A stretch of 64,000 bases of DNA from Clostridiales bacterium (GTDB lineage Bacteria > Bacillota > Clostridia > Christensenellales > DTU072). Under the pieces are notes generated by a model. The model worked only from the letters and a program-made list of their open reading frames with translations, did not search any database and had not been told where the DNA came from. Shown here piece by piece: positions 20,062 to 29,199 of this stretch. Position numbers and translations under genes: made by a program. The DNA lies in assembly GCA_012520515.1 (NCBI GenBank), contig JAAYOD010000045.1, positions 4,352 to 68,351 on the forward strand, given 5' to 3'. The first letter of the stretch is position 1. Every line of letters begins with the position of its first letter.

Positions 20062-21144
20062 ATGTTATCTTTTGCTAAGTTGTCCTATATTGAAAAATGT
20101 GGGCAAATCCTGCTCTATTTTACTGTTGCGCTAATTTTAGCGCTTATAGCAGTTGGGGTTATTACTAGAAAGCTAAACCGGCAAAAACTTACTGATTTTT
20201 ATAAGTACGCTATTGGCATTTTGGTAGGCTTTTCTTTGTGCGCATCAGTTATTATGGTGACGCTGACATTAGACGATATGATAAGTAATGGAGAAATTAT
20301 TCCTAAGCTGTTTTATCCACTATTATCTTGCGTAATTGTCGCTATTTTGCTCTTTGTTGGCGGATTGGTTGTATCTATGCTAAAACCGCAAAAGATTAAG
20401 GCGTATGCTCTTATTTCGCTAGGAATATTTGCTGTACCGCTTATAGTTAGTCTTGTTATGATATCTCTATATTATAAAAATGAAATTGTGCCGTCTAACT
20501 GGTATTCTAATGTTAGCAATCTAGGGTTATGGTTGGGCGCAGTTGCCTTAGTTGTTGCAATTGTGTCACTTACTTTAATTTTTGGCAAGAAAAATAAGTC
20601 TAACACAAAAAGCATAGTTTATGCCGCCGTTTGCGTGGCCTTAAGCTTTGCGTTAAGTTATATAAGACTGTTTAGACTGCCTCAAGGGGGCTCTGTGACT
20701 TTGGTAAGTGTGTTGCCTCTAATGATTTATAGCTATATGTTTGGCATAAGAAAAGGAGTGGCGACAGGGCTTATTTATGGAATTTTACAGGCTGTACAAG
20801 ACCCTTGGATAATTCACCCTGCACAGTTTTTGTTAGATTATCCTGTGGCTTTTGCGTCAATTGGATTAAGTGGAATACTAAAAGAAGTAAACCTTTTTAG
20901 TAAAAAACCTGTTCTAAACTTCATAATAGGCGGAATAATGGGCGGTCTATTAAGGTATATTTGCCATGTAATTAGTGGTATATTTGCATTTTCTTCCTAT
21001 GCTAAAGCTGGCTATGGCGCGGTGGCTTGGGGATTTCTGTACAATACATTTTCGCTAGTGGACTTGGCGCTAGCGCTAGTAGCAGGCTCTATTATGCTAG
21101 GCACAAAATACTTTTCTAACTTTGTGGACAAAATAGCAGAATAA
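20062..21144 (+). CDS. thiT: Thiamine transporter ThiT (ECF S-component) fused to an N-terminal about 180-aa multi-TM domain of unknown function
   Basis: 360 aa. C-terminal half (from about SIVYAAVCVALSFALSYI to the end, including AKAGYGAVAWGFLYN) is collinear with Lactococcus ThiT (WKGWGAVAYSL). N-terminal half has about 5 extra hydrophobic helices. No internal start or stop. Confidence 0.75.
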   Translation: MLSFAKLSYIEKCGQILLYFTVALILALIAVGVITRKLNRQKLTDFYKYAIGILVGFSLCASVIMVTLTLDDMISNGEIIPKLFYPLLSCVIVAILLFVGGLVVSMLKPQKIKAYALISLGIFAVPLIVSLVMISLYYKNEIVPSNWYSNVSNLGLWLGAVALVVAIVSLTLIFGKKNKSNTKSIVYAAVCVALSFALSYIRLFRLPQGGSVTLVSVLPLMIYSYMFGIRKGVATGLIYGILQAVQDPWIIHPAQFLLDYPVAFASIGLSGILKEVNLFSKKPVLNFIIGGIMGGLLRYICHVISGIFAFSSYAKAGYGAVAWGFLYNTFSLVDLALALVAGSIMLGTKYFSNFVDKIAE

Positions 21145-21156
21145 AGGAAAAAAGTT

Positions 21157-21783
21157 ATGAGTAAAGATATTTGCTACATCTTTTGTGGCGGAGAACAGCT
21201 CAATATGCCTATGTCTATTCCTGACAATTGCTATGTAATTGCTGTGGATTTTGGGTTAAAATACTTAGAGCAAAACAATATTAAGCCAGACCTTATAGTT
21301 GGGGACTTTGACTCTTTAGGGTATATTCCGCAATACAAAAATGTTATTACGCTATCTAAAGACAAAGATGACACTGACACAATGTTTGCAATAAAAGAAG
21401 GTATGAAACTTGGCTTTAAGGAATTTCATATATTTTGCGGAACAGGCGGACAATTTCAGCATACCTTTGCTAACATTCAATGCCTTGCTTTTATAGCTGA
21501 AAAAAACCTAAAGGGCATACTTTATGACGGTAATAGCAAATTCAGCGCCATACACAATACTAGTTTAAAAATTGTGGGCGGTTATGGTAATATTTCGGTT
21601 TTTTCGCTGTCTAATGAGTGCAAAGGAGTTTTCTTAAAGGGATTAAAGTATCCATTAGAAAACTATACTATGACAAATACCTATCCTATTGGTATAAACA
21701 ATGAATTTATAGGTAAAGAAGTAGAAATTATTGTTGAGTGCGGTACTTTATTAATAATAATACCTTTTAGCGTAAAAGTATAA
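21157..21783 (+). CDS. thiN: Thiamine pyrophosphokinase
   Basis: 208 aa. TPK catalytic motif LIVGDFDSL and KDKDDTD. C-terminal thiamine-binding beta domain. Confidence 0.85.
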   Translation: MSKDICYIFCGGEQLNMPMSIPDNCYVIAVDFGLKYLEQNNIKPDLIVGDFDSLGYIPQYKNVITLSKDKDDTDTMFAIKEGMKLGFKEFHIFCGTGGQFQHTFANIQCLAFIAEKNLKGILYDGNSKFSAIHNTSLKIVGGYGNISVFSLSNECKGVFLKGLKYPLENYTMTNTYPIGINNEFIGKEVEIIVECGTLLIIIPFSVKV

Positions 21784-21813
21784 AAAATAGAGCCAATTTT
21801 GGCTCTATTTTTC
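21783..21813. terminator. Bidirectional terminator between thiN (+) and pgi (-)
   Basis: Stem atagagcca(21787-95)/tggctctat(21800-08), flanked by an A-run and a T-run. Confidence 0.7.
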
Positions 21814-21843
21814 TATCCGTTTTTTAATCTAAATAGCTAAATA

Positions 21844-23259
21844 TTAGATTATATATCTAGCTGACTTTTCCTTTTGGGAATTTAATTCGTTAGCTTTATC
21901 TTCATACCCTGCTCTGCCAAGTAACGCATAAGTAGCATTTTTGCCTTCTTCAACTCCAGGCTGGTTAAATGTGTCTATGTTAAGATATGCGCCAGCAAAA
22001 GCCGTTTGCATCATAAAGAGAGTCATAAGCTGTCCTAAGTAAAATTCGTTTACTTCAGGCAAAACAATTCTGCAATTTAGCCTTTCAGCGCGGGTAAGAG
22101 CGTATTCCGTTGCGTTAAGCTCTGCTGTAAGAAGCTCATTTAGCGTATGACCGCAAAGGAATGAAACATCGGGGACATCTTGACAGCCGTCGCTAATTGT
22201 AACTACATTGCGGAAGTTTTCAACGCTAATAAAAGTTACGACCTTGTCAAATGGCCCTTCTGTATAAAGCTGTACTTGGCTATGCTGGTCAGTAACGCCT
22301 AACGCTTTTACCGGCGTTTGTCCTACAAAAACTTTATTGCCGTCTAAATTAATAGCTTTGCCCAAACTTTCGCCCCAAAGCTGTGCATACCAGTCTGCCA
22401 TAAGTCTTAGACTGTCGGCATAAGGCATCATAACTGATATGTTTTTGCCTTTATTAGTCATTGCTATATATTGCAAAGTTGCTGCCATTAAGGCTGGATT
22501 TTTCTTTATGTCTGCCTTTTGACAGATTTTGTCCATATACCTTGCTCCCTTTAACATCTTTTTAATGTTAATCCCCAGCACTGCGGCAGGAAGAAGGCCT
22601 ACGGGACTGAATTCGCTAAATCTGCCGCCCACTCCGTCAGGAATATAAAAAGTTTTCAACCCTTGTTTTTTAGCAATTTTAATAAGATTTCCTTTTGTTT
22701 GGCTAGTGGTGGCAATCATATGCTTGCTTGCATCTTGCCCAAGGTGAGCCTTTAAGATATCCATAATTATAAGATATTGACTCATAGTTTCGCTAGTAGA
22801 ACCGCTTTTTGTGATGACATTAAACATAGTCTTTTTAATATCGATAACATCAAGAAGTGATTTCATTCTTTCAGGGTCTATGTTGTCTTCTACATAAAAT
22901 TTAGGTGCTTTTCTTTTAGATTTTGGTAATTGATTGTGGCGCATATGACAAAGCGCTTGAAAAACTGCCATAGGGCCTAGAGCTGAACCGCCAATGCCAA
23001 GCACTACAAAATTGTCAAACTCTTTTCTTATTTTCTTTGCTGTATCTAGGATATCGGCTACAACCTCATCTTGATTGTAAGGAAGTTCTGTCCAGCCCAT
23101 CATATTTTGCCCTCTGCCATTTTGCACAAGAGAAAAAACCTTTTTGGTCTGGTCTTTTAGTTCTGTAATTTCCTTATCTGTGATACCTTCTTTGTTTCCT
23201 ACATAGTCAGCCATCATATTGTTGTAATCAAATTTGATAGCCTGCACTTTATTTGCCAT
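21844..23259 (-). CDS. pgi: Glucose-6-phosphate isomerase
   Basis: Track ORF extends to 23313. ATG 23259 (MANKVQAIKFDYNNM) follows GGAGGA by 8 nt. SIS motifs LGIGGSALGP, TKSGSTSET. Confidence 0.9.
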   Translation of the reverse strand: MANKVQAIKFDYNNMMADYVGNKEGITDKEITELKDQTKKVFSLVQNGRGQNMMGWTELPYNQDEVVADILDTAKKIRKEFDNFVVLGIGGSALGPMAVFQALCHMRHNQLPKSKRKAPKFYVEDNIDPERMKSLLDVIDIKKTMFNVITKSGSTSETMSQYLIIMDILKAHLGQDASKHMIATTSQTKGNLIKIAKKQGLKTFYIPDGVGGRFSEFSPVGLLPAAVLGINIKKMLKGARYMDKICQKADIKKNPALMAATLQYIAMTNKGKNISVMMPYADSLRLMADWYAQLWGESLGKAINLDGNKVFVGQTPVKALGVTDQHSQVQLYTEGPFDKVVTFISVENFRNVVTISDGCQDVPDVSFLCGHTLNELLTAELNATEYALTRAERLNCRIVLPEVNEFYLGQLMTLFMMQTAFAGAYLNIDTFNQPGVEEGKNATYALLGRAGYEDKANELNSQKEKSARYII

Positions 23260-24073
23260 ATAGTGTTCCTCCATAATTTTTTGCATTGTATAAACATTGA
23301 TTGAGATAGTCATAACACCTGACTAATTCATCAAATGTGTTGTAATTTTCGGGATAAACTTCAATGATTGCGTCGCCTTTATAGCCCATTTCAAGCAAAG
23401 TATAAAAAAGCTTGGTAAAGTCAAAACTGCCTTTGCCTGGAAGCGCAAGAGAGCCGTCTTCGTTGTAGTCGCACAAATGCACATTAACAAGCCTATCTCC
23501 CATTTTTTCAAGATATTTGTACACATCGATTTGGGACTGCTTTGCTTGCTTTATGTCAAGACAGGTCTTTACTCTAGTATACGGGGATATGTTTGTTATG
23601 TATTCAGGCTCATTATAGTATGTCCAATGCACATTTTCATAAGTAAGGGCTGTAACTCCTCCGCTTTCTCTTTCTACAAAGTCGCATAATTCTTCCACAC
23701 GCTTACCGATTTTTTGGTAGTTTAGATTGTATTTTATGCGTTTGAATTTGGCAGGTCCGTGAAAAGTATAGTACTTTGCGCCAAGGCGTGAAGCGCCCTT
23801 TAATATTTGGGCAAAAACTTCTTCATTGTCTTTGCGTGTGCGTGGCAACGGGCTAAATAATTCTGGTTCAAACTGCTGATTGAGAGAATGGACAGACAAA
23901 ACTTGCAAATCGCCTTTTCTGTCTAGCAATTCGTTTATAAAGCTTTCTTTGTATTCAGAAAATGAGCTTAAAAACACTTCACAAAAAGATATATTTAGCT
24001 CTCTAATCTTAGATACTGCCTCCTCTGTTCTTAATTTAGTGAAAAAGGAGGCAGTAGATATTCCTATTTGCAT
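23249..24073 (-). CDS. Sugar phosphate isomerase/epimerase (xylose isomerase-like TIM barrel)
   Basis: 274 aa. AP_endonuc_2-type TIM barrel pattern (conserved H/E/D metal ligands: FHGP, YENVH, VHLCD, IEV). Substrate unknown. Confidence 0.7.
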   Translation of the reverse strand: MQIGISTASFFTKLRTEEAVSKIRELNISFCEVFLSSFSEYKESFINELLDRKGDLQVLSVHSLNQQFEPELFSPLPRTRKDNEEVFAQILKGASRLGAKYYTFHGPAKFKRIKYNLNYQKIGKRVEELCDFVERESGGVTALTYENVHWTYYNEPEYITNISPYTRVKTCLDIKQAKQSQIDVYKYLEKMGDRLVNVHLCDYNEDGSLALPGKGSFDFTKLFYTLLEMGYKGDAIIEVYPENYNTFDELVRCYDYLNQCLYNAKNYGGTLYGK

Positions 24074-24077
24074 AATT

Positions 24078-24614
24078 TTATCCGTTGGTTTCTATTAGTC
24101 CATAATCTCCGTCATTTCTGCGGTATAGTACACAAGTTTTGTGGTCGTCTTTATTTATAAATACATAGAATGTGTGATTAAGTAATTCCATTTGCTCAAT
24201 AGCGTCGTCAATGGATATAACAGATATGTCGAAGTTTTTGACTTTTACCACCTTGCCGTCATCCATTGCTACATCTTCGTTTTCGTCATATATAGCTGGC
24301 GTTTCTAGCGATGCTTTACGGAACTTATCGCCAAGTTTGGTGCGATATTTTACTATTTGGCGCTCTAGCTTGGGCAAAATTATGTCCAAATTGCTATTCA
24401 TATCATCGGTAGTTACGACAGAGCGCACTACTGCTCTTTTGCCAGCGTCTAGCGATATTTCCATAGTAAATTTATCGTTTCCGATACGGGACAGTTTTAC
24501 CTTTGCGCTAGGCTCTTGACTAAAATACTTGTCAAACTTGGATAGTTTTTTGTTGATTAATGCTTTTAGGTTTTCATCCAAACGATAGTTTTTTGAGTTG
24601 ATTTCTATACGCAT
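24078..24614 (-). CDS. hpf: Ribosome hibernation-promoting factor, long form (HPF/YvyD)
   Basis: 178 aa. N-terminal S30AE/RaiA domain and C-terminal dimerisation domain (FYVFINKDDHKTCVLYRRNDGDYGLIE). Confidence 0.9.
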   Translation of the reverse strand: MRIEINSKNYRLDENLKALINKKLSKFDKYFSQEPSAKVKLSRIGNDKFTMEISLDAGKRAVVRSVVTTDDMNSNLDIILPKLERQIVKYRTKLGDKFRKASLETPAIYDENEDVAMDDGKVVKVKNFDISVISIDDAIEQMELLNHTFYVFINKDDHKTCVLYRRNDGDYGLIETNG

Positions 24615-24615
24615 A

Positions 24616-27042
24616 TTATCCTCCTTTGTCGATAGAGAAAATCAATTTATTTTTATTGGCGCTTACCACAAGCTTTGCTTGTCGCAAATCGTTTTTAATA
24701 ATTTCTTCGCTCAGTTTGTCTTCTAGCATACTTTGTATAGTGCGCTTAAGCGGTCTTGCGCCATAATCTGGGTCATATGCTTCATTTACAATGTGTTGTA
24801 GAGCTGTTTTATCCAGCTCTAGCACAATTTCTCTTTCTTGCAACAATGTCTTTGCCAGCCCTTTAATCAGTAACTCTGCTATTGAGAATATATCTTCTTT
24901 GCTTAGCCGATTAAATACAATTATGTTATCAATTCTGTTGATAAACTCGGGCTTCATTATACCTTTTAGCGCTTCTAGCTGTTTTGACTTTATCTCTTCA
25001 TAGTCATTTTGCTCTGTTGCAGCTTGATAAAAGCCTACTTTGTTTTTCTTTACTAATTCGCTTGCGCCAACATTGCTTGTCATAATGACAATGGTGTTCT
25101 TAAAGTCAACAGTTCTGCCCTTGCTATCTGTTAATCTGCCTTCGTCTAGCACTTGTAAAAGCATATTATAGACATCAATATGGGCTTTTTCTATCTCGTC
25201 TAAAAGCACAATAGAATAGGGCTTTCTTCTAACTGCTTCGGTAAGCATACCGCCCTCTTCGTACCCTATATAGCCAGGTGGAGCCCCTATAAGGCGTGAG
25301 GCAGAGATCTTTTCCATATATTCTGACATATCAAGTCTAATAAGCGCGTTGTCGTCGCCAAATAAATAGCTACAAAGCGCCTTGGCTGTTTCTGTCTTGC
25401 CTACACCTGTCGGCCCTAAAAATATAAATGAGCCTACTGGTCTATTTCTGTCTTTCATGCCAGCTCTTGAGCGTCTTATTGCTTTACTGATTAGCTCAAT
25501 GGCTTCCCTTTGGCCAATAACTCGTTTGCCAAGCTCTTTTTCTAGGTGTATTAGTCGGCTGCTCTCTGCGCTGGTAAGTTTTTGCACAGGAATATTGGTA
25601 ATTTCTGCAACAGTGTTGCTCACATCATCTGCTGTTATTATAATAGTAGCACTTTTATCGCCAATATTCAATATTAAACTCTGTTCTTTTTTAAGTTTGT
25701 CTAACTTTGTTTTTAATGTAGATGCTTTTTCATAATTTTCATGAGCAACTGCTGAAGCTATTTTAGCTTCTAAGGCTTTAATGTCGCTTTCTAATTGAGC
25801 AAACTTACTTGGCTCGGCTATATTGTTATTTCTTTTCTTGGCGCAAGTTTCGTCTAAAATGTCTATGGCTTTATCGGGCAAAAACCTGTCACTGATATAT
25901 CTAGTCGACAGCTGAACAGATGCTTCTATGGCTGAATCGTCTATCCTTAAGTTATGGTGGTTTTCAAAACTTTCTTTAAGCCCGAACATAATCTTTATGC
26001 AGTCTTCCTGAGTGGGCTCTTCAATGTTCACCATCATAAATCGTCTTTCTAAAGCAGGGTCTTTCTCAATATACTTGCGATATTCGTTTATCGTTGTAGC
26101 TCCTATTGTCGCTAACTCTCTGCCAACTAACGCAGGCTTAAGTATATTGCTTAGGTTTAGTCCGCCTTCACTGCTTCCAGCGCTAACTATGGTATGCATT
26201 TCGTCTATAAATAAAATGATATTTTTATTTTCCAATGCTTGAAGTAGATTTTTTATCTTATCTTCAAACTCTCCGCGGTATCTCGTGCCTGAAACTAGAC
26301 TATTTACATTAAGGCTATACACTGTTTTATTAAGCAAAAATTCTGGCACTTTGCCTTCTACTATTCTTTGGCATAAGCCTTCTACTATTGCTGTTTTGCC
26401 AACGCCTGGTTCACCCACAATGATGGGATTATTTTTACTGCGCCTTGAAAGTATTTGGATAACTCTATTTATCTCTTTATCTCTCCCTATCACTGGGTCT
26501 AGCTTTTTTTGCCTTGCTTTTTCAGTAAGGTCTATGCCATTTTCGCGCAAAATTTCATCTGACGCATCATCTTTTACTGCGATTTGGGTGTTCTTTGAAT
26601 GCTTTTCTTCTTTACCTTTACCTATTTCGTGATAATTCATGCCATTTATTATAGGCAGTACAGCATTATAATCAATATCGTGCCTTGCAAGTATTTTGCA
26701 GGCGCTACATGATTTATTATAGCAAATTGATAGCAGCATATGATGAGTGTCTATATCGCTATAACCTGCCAACTGTGACACTTTGTATGCATAATCAAAA
26801 ATTCTACGAATGTTGTTTCGCTGGACTTCGTAGCTTTCTTTCTCTACAAAAACACTGACAAGATAGCTGTTTGCTATTTGCGCATTAAATCCCAAACGAG
26901 TTAAAATTTCGTATGCATAACTATGCTCAAGGTTTGCTAGCGCCACCAAAAGGTGTGTTGAATTCATAATACCGCCGCTTCTAAAAGAAAAGGTCTCGGC
27001 AAGCTCCAAAACCTTCTCTAAATCATCTGTGTACTTTACCAT
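24616..27042 (-). CDS. clpC: ATP-dependent Clp protease ATP-binding subunit ClpC
   Basis: 808 aa. Clp_N repeats, two AAA+ modules (GEPGVGKTA; GPTGVGKTE), UVR-like linker (ENYEKASTLKTKLDKL), ClpB_D2-small. Confidence 0.9.
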   Translation of the reverse strand: MVKYTDDLEKVLELAETFSFRSGGIMNSTHLLVALANLEHSYAYEILTRLGFNAQIANSYLVSVFVEKESYEVQRNNIRRIFDYAYKVSQLAGYSDIDTHHMLLSICYNKSCSACKILARHDIDYNAVLPIINGMNYHEIGKGKEEKHSKNTQIAVKDDASDEILRENGIDLTEKARQKKLDPVIGRDKEINRVIQILSRRSKNNPIIVGEPGVGKTAIVEGLCQRIVEGKVPEFLLNKTVYSLNVNSLVSGTRYRGEFEDKIKNLLQALENKNIILFIDEMHTIVSAGSSEGGLNLSNILKPALVGRELATIGATTINEYRKYIEKDPALERRFMMVNIEEPTQEDCIKIMFGLKESFENHHNLRIDDSAIEASVQLSTRYISDRFLPDKAIDILDETCAKKRNNNIAEPSKFAQLESDIKALEAKIASAVAHENYEKASTLKTKLDKLKKEQSLILNIGDKSATIIITADDVSNTVAEITNIPVQKLTSAESSRLIHLEKELGKRVIGQREAIELISKAIRRSRAGMKDRNRPVGSFIFLGPTGVGKTETAKALCSYLFGDDNALIRLDMSEYMEKISASRLIGAPPGYIGYEEGGMLTEAVRRKPYSIVLLDEIEKAHIDVYNMLLQVLDEGRLTDSKGRTVDFKNTIVIMTSNVGASELVKKNKVGFYQAATEQNDYEEIKSKQLEALKGIMKPEFINRIDNIIVFNRLSKEDIFSIAELLIKGLAKTLLQEREIVLELDKTALQHIVNEAYDPDYGARPLKRTIQSMLEDKLSEEIIKNDLRQAKLVVSANKNKLIFSIDKGG

Positions 27043-27055
27043 ATTACCTCACAAC

Positions 27056-27931
27056 TTACAGTTCTGATATTATACCCTTTAAGTAACTTTTTAAACCGTC
27101 ACTTATCTCATCATTTCGTAAGCCGTACTCGATATTTGCTTTGACATAGCCTAGCTTGTCGCCGATATCATATCTTTTTCCCTCAAACTCGTAAGCGTAT
27201 ACGCTTAAATCTTTGCACATCAGCTCTATTGCTGTGGGCAAATACACTTCGCCATTAGCAGCCGGCGGCGTTTGTTCTATATAATTAAATATTTCGCTTG
27301 TCAATACAAATCGCCCTAAACTAGTTAGCTGCGATGGCAATTCTTCTAGCTTTGGCTTTTCCTTAAATCCAAGAATTTCAGTATACCTGCCCTTAGTGCT
27401 GCCAGGCACTACTACACCGTATTTTGGACATTCTTCTCTTGGTTGTTCTTGCACGCCCACAATGGTAGAATAGGTGCTATAATAGGCGTCAATAAGCTGT
27501 TTTGTTACAGGGTAGTTTGGATTATACATAACATCGTCTCCAAACAATACCGCAAAAGGTTCGTTGCCTACAAAGCTTTTGCAAAGCTCAATGGCTTTTC
27601 CTGTGCCTTGCATTGCAAACTGCCTTACATAACAAATATTTACCTTGTCTTGAAGAGCGTTTATTTTGTTCAATAAATCTGTTTTACCGTCTTTCTTAAG
27701 GTTATATTCCACTTCAAAATTACGGTCAAAATGGTCAGCTATATTGTTTTTGTTTCTGCCTAAAATAATGCAAATATCGGTAATGCCGCTATCTGCGCAC
27801 TCTTCAACGATATATTGTATGCTAGGAACATCTACAATAGGCAACATTTCTTTGGGCATGGCCTTGGTCACAGGCAAAAATCTTGTTCCAAATCCTGCCG
27901 CTGGAATAATTGCTTTAGTAACTTTTTTCAC
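27056..27931 (-). CDS. galU: UTP--glucose-1-phosphate uridylyltransferase
   Basis: 291 aa. GTG start behind GAGGTG. N-terminal KAIIPAAGFGTRFLPVTKAMPKEMLPIVD signature. Confidence 0.9.
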   Translation of the reverse strand: MKKVTKAIIPAAGFGTRFLPVTKAMPKEMLPIVDVPSIQYIVEECADSGITDICIILGRNKNNIADHFDRNFEVEYNLKKDGKTDLLNKINALQDKVNICYVRQFAMQGTGKAIELCKSFVGNEPFAVLFGDDVMYNPNYPVTKQLIDAYYSTYSTIVGVQEQPREECPKYGVVVPGSTKGRYTEILGFKEKPKLEELPSQLTSLGRFVLTSEIFNYIEQTPPAANGEVYLPTAIELMCKDLSVYAYEFEGKRYDIGDKLGYVKANIEYGLRNDEISDGLKSYLKGIISEL

Positions 27932-27960
27932 TTCTACACCTCGTAAAAAATTTTAAAAAA

Positions 27961-28043
27961 TGGTGTGGATGATGAGACTTGAACTCACACGGGTATACCA
28001 TACGCCCCTCAAACGTACGCGTCTGCCATTCCGCCACATCCAC
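27961..28043 (-). tRNA. tRNA-Leu (anticodon GAG), class II, CCA encoded
   Basis: Reverse complement gtggatgtggcggaatggcagacgcgtacgttGAGgggcgta...gagttcaagtctcatcatccacacca. Confidence 0.85.
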
Positions 28044-28142
28044 ACTTTAATATTATGCTATAAAACGCAAAAGAACACTTGTAAAAAGGGATTTGTATCT
28101 TGGCTAATCTAATAGCCCATTCTCTTTGCGCTAAGCATAATT

Positions 28143-28171
28143 ATGATAGCGTAAAAACCTATCATTGTCAA
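28143..28171 (-). promoter_or_regulatory. Sigma-A-type promoter upstream of tRNA-Leu
   Basis: Minus strand TTGACA (28171-66), 17-nt spacer, TATCAT (28148-43). Confidence 0.55.
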
Positions 28172-28196
28172 TTAGTTATGCGGCATTAACAGCAAG

Positions 28197-29135
28197 TTAG
28201 TTGACCACATTTACAGGCTTGTTATCTATATAACCTTGAATATTATCTAAAGTTACATTTAGCAATCTTGTTCTTGCTTCTAGTGTCGCCCAAGCAATAT
28301 GCGGTGTAATTATGCAGTTAGGTAAGCCTAGTAACGGATTATCACTATTTGGCGGCTCTTTGCTTAATACATCTAAACCAGCGCCGCTGATTTTGCCACT
28401 TTTTAGTGCATCAGCTAGCGCTTTTTCATCGATAAGAGCGCCTCTTGCTGTGTTTATTAAAATGGCATTCTCTTTCATAAGGGCAAGCGTTTTTGCGTTT
28501 ATCATTTTTTCATTATCGCGTGTAAGCGGACAATGTAAGCTGATTATGTCGCTTTTTTGCAAAAGCTCTTCTAAACTTACGCTACCGTCAAAAGGTGTGC
28601 GATTGTGAACAAGGACATTCAAACCAAAGGCTTTAGCTACCTTTGCCACTACTTTTCCTATGTTGCCATAGCCGACTATGCCAAGTGTTTTGTTGCTAAT
28701 TTCAGTAAGTTTAGCTACGCAATAGCAAAAATCTTGGCTTTTAACCCAGTCCCCTTTAGCTACCGTCTGTGAATGCGCGCCCACTTGTGAGAAAAGCTCT
28801 AGAATAAGGGCAAAAGTATGCTGAACTACGCTAACTGTTGAATATGCTGGCACATTGCTTACAGGTATTCCCTTTGATCTTGCATACTCACAATCTACTA
28901 CATTGTATCCTGTGGCTAGTATTGCTATATATTTTAAATTGGAGCAAGCGTCTATTACACTTGCGTCTATAATTGTTTTATTTGTTACAGCAATCTCTGC
29001 ATTTTGCAACCTTTCAATTACTTTGTCCTTAGGGGTGCGTTCATAAATTTTGACAGAGCCAAACTTTTCTAATGCATTTAAGCTTAAATCATTTTGCATA
29101 AGTGTAGCGGCGTCTAAAACCACAATTTTACTCAT
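28197..29135 (-). CDS. D-2-hydroxyacid dehydrogenase (glycerate dehydrogenase/hydroxypyruvate reductase family)
   Basis: 312 aa. NAD site GIVGYGNIGKVVA. Catalytic R/E/H context (NTARGALID, DVLSKEP, ITPHIAW). Confidence 0.85.
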   Translation of the reverse strand: MSKIVVLDAATLMQNDLSLNALEKFGSVKIYERTPKDKVIERLQNAEIAVTNKTIIDASVIDACSNLKYIAILATGYNVVDCEYARSKGIPVSNVPAYSTVSVVQHTFALILELFSQVGAHSQTVAKGDWVKSQDFCYCVAKLTEISNKTLGIVGYGNIGKVVAKVAKAFGLNVLVHNRTPFDGSVSLEELLQKSDIISLHCPLTRDNEKMINAKTLALMKENAILINTARGALIDEKALADALKSGKISGAGLDVLSKEPPNSDNPLLGLPNCIITPHIAWATLEARTRLLNVTLDNIQGYIDNKPVNVVN

Positions 29136-29150
29136 ATAATAACTCCTTAT

Positions 29151-29179
29151 TTTAAAAATGGGAGCAAAAAGCTCCCATT
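29151..29179 (-). terminator. Hairpin between the SCP2-like gene and the dehydrogenase gene (possible partial terminator)
   Basis: Stem aatgggagc(29157-65)/gctcccatt(29171-79). On the minus strand it is followed by UUUUUAAAAU and immediately by the AAGGAG RBS of 29135. Confidence 0.5.
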
Positions 29180-29199
29180 TTTTACAGTTTGTTTTAATA

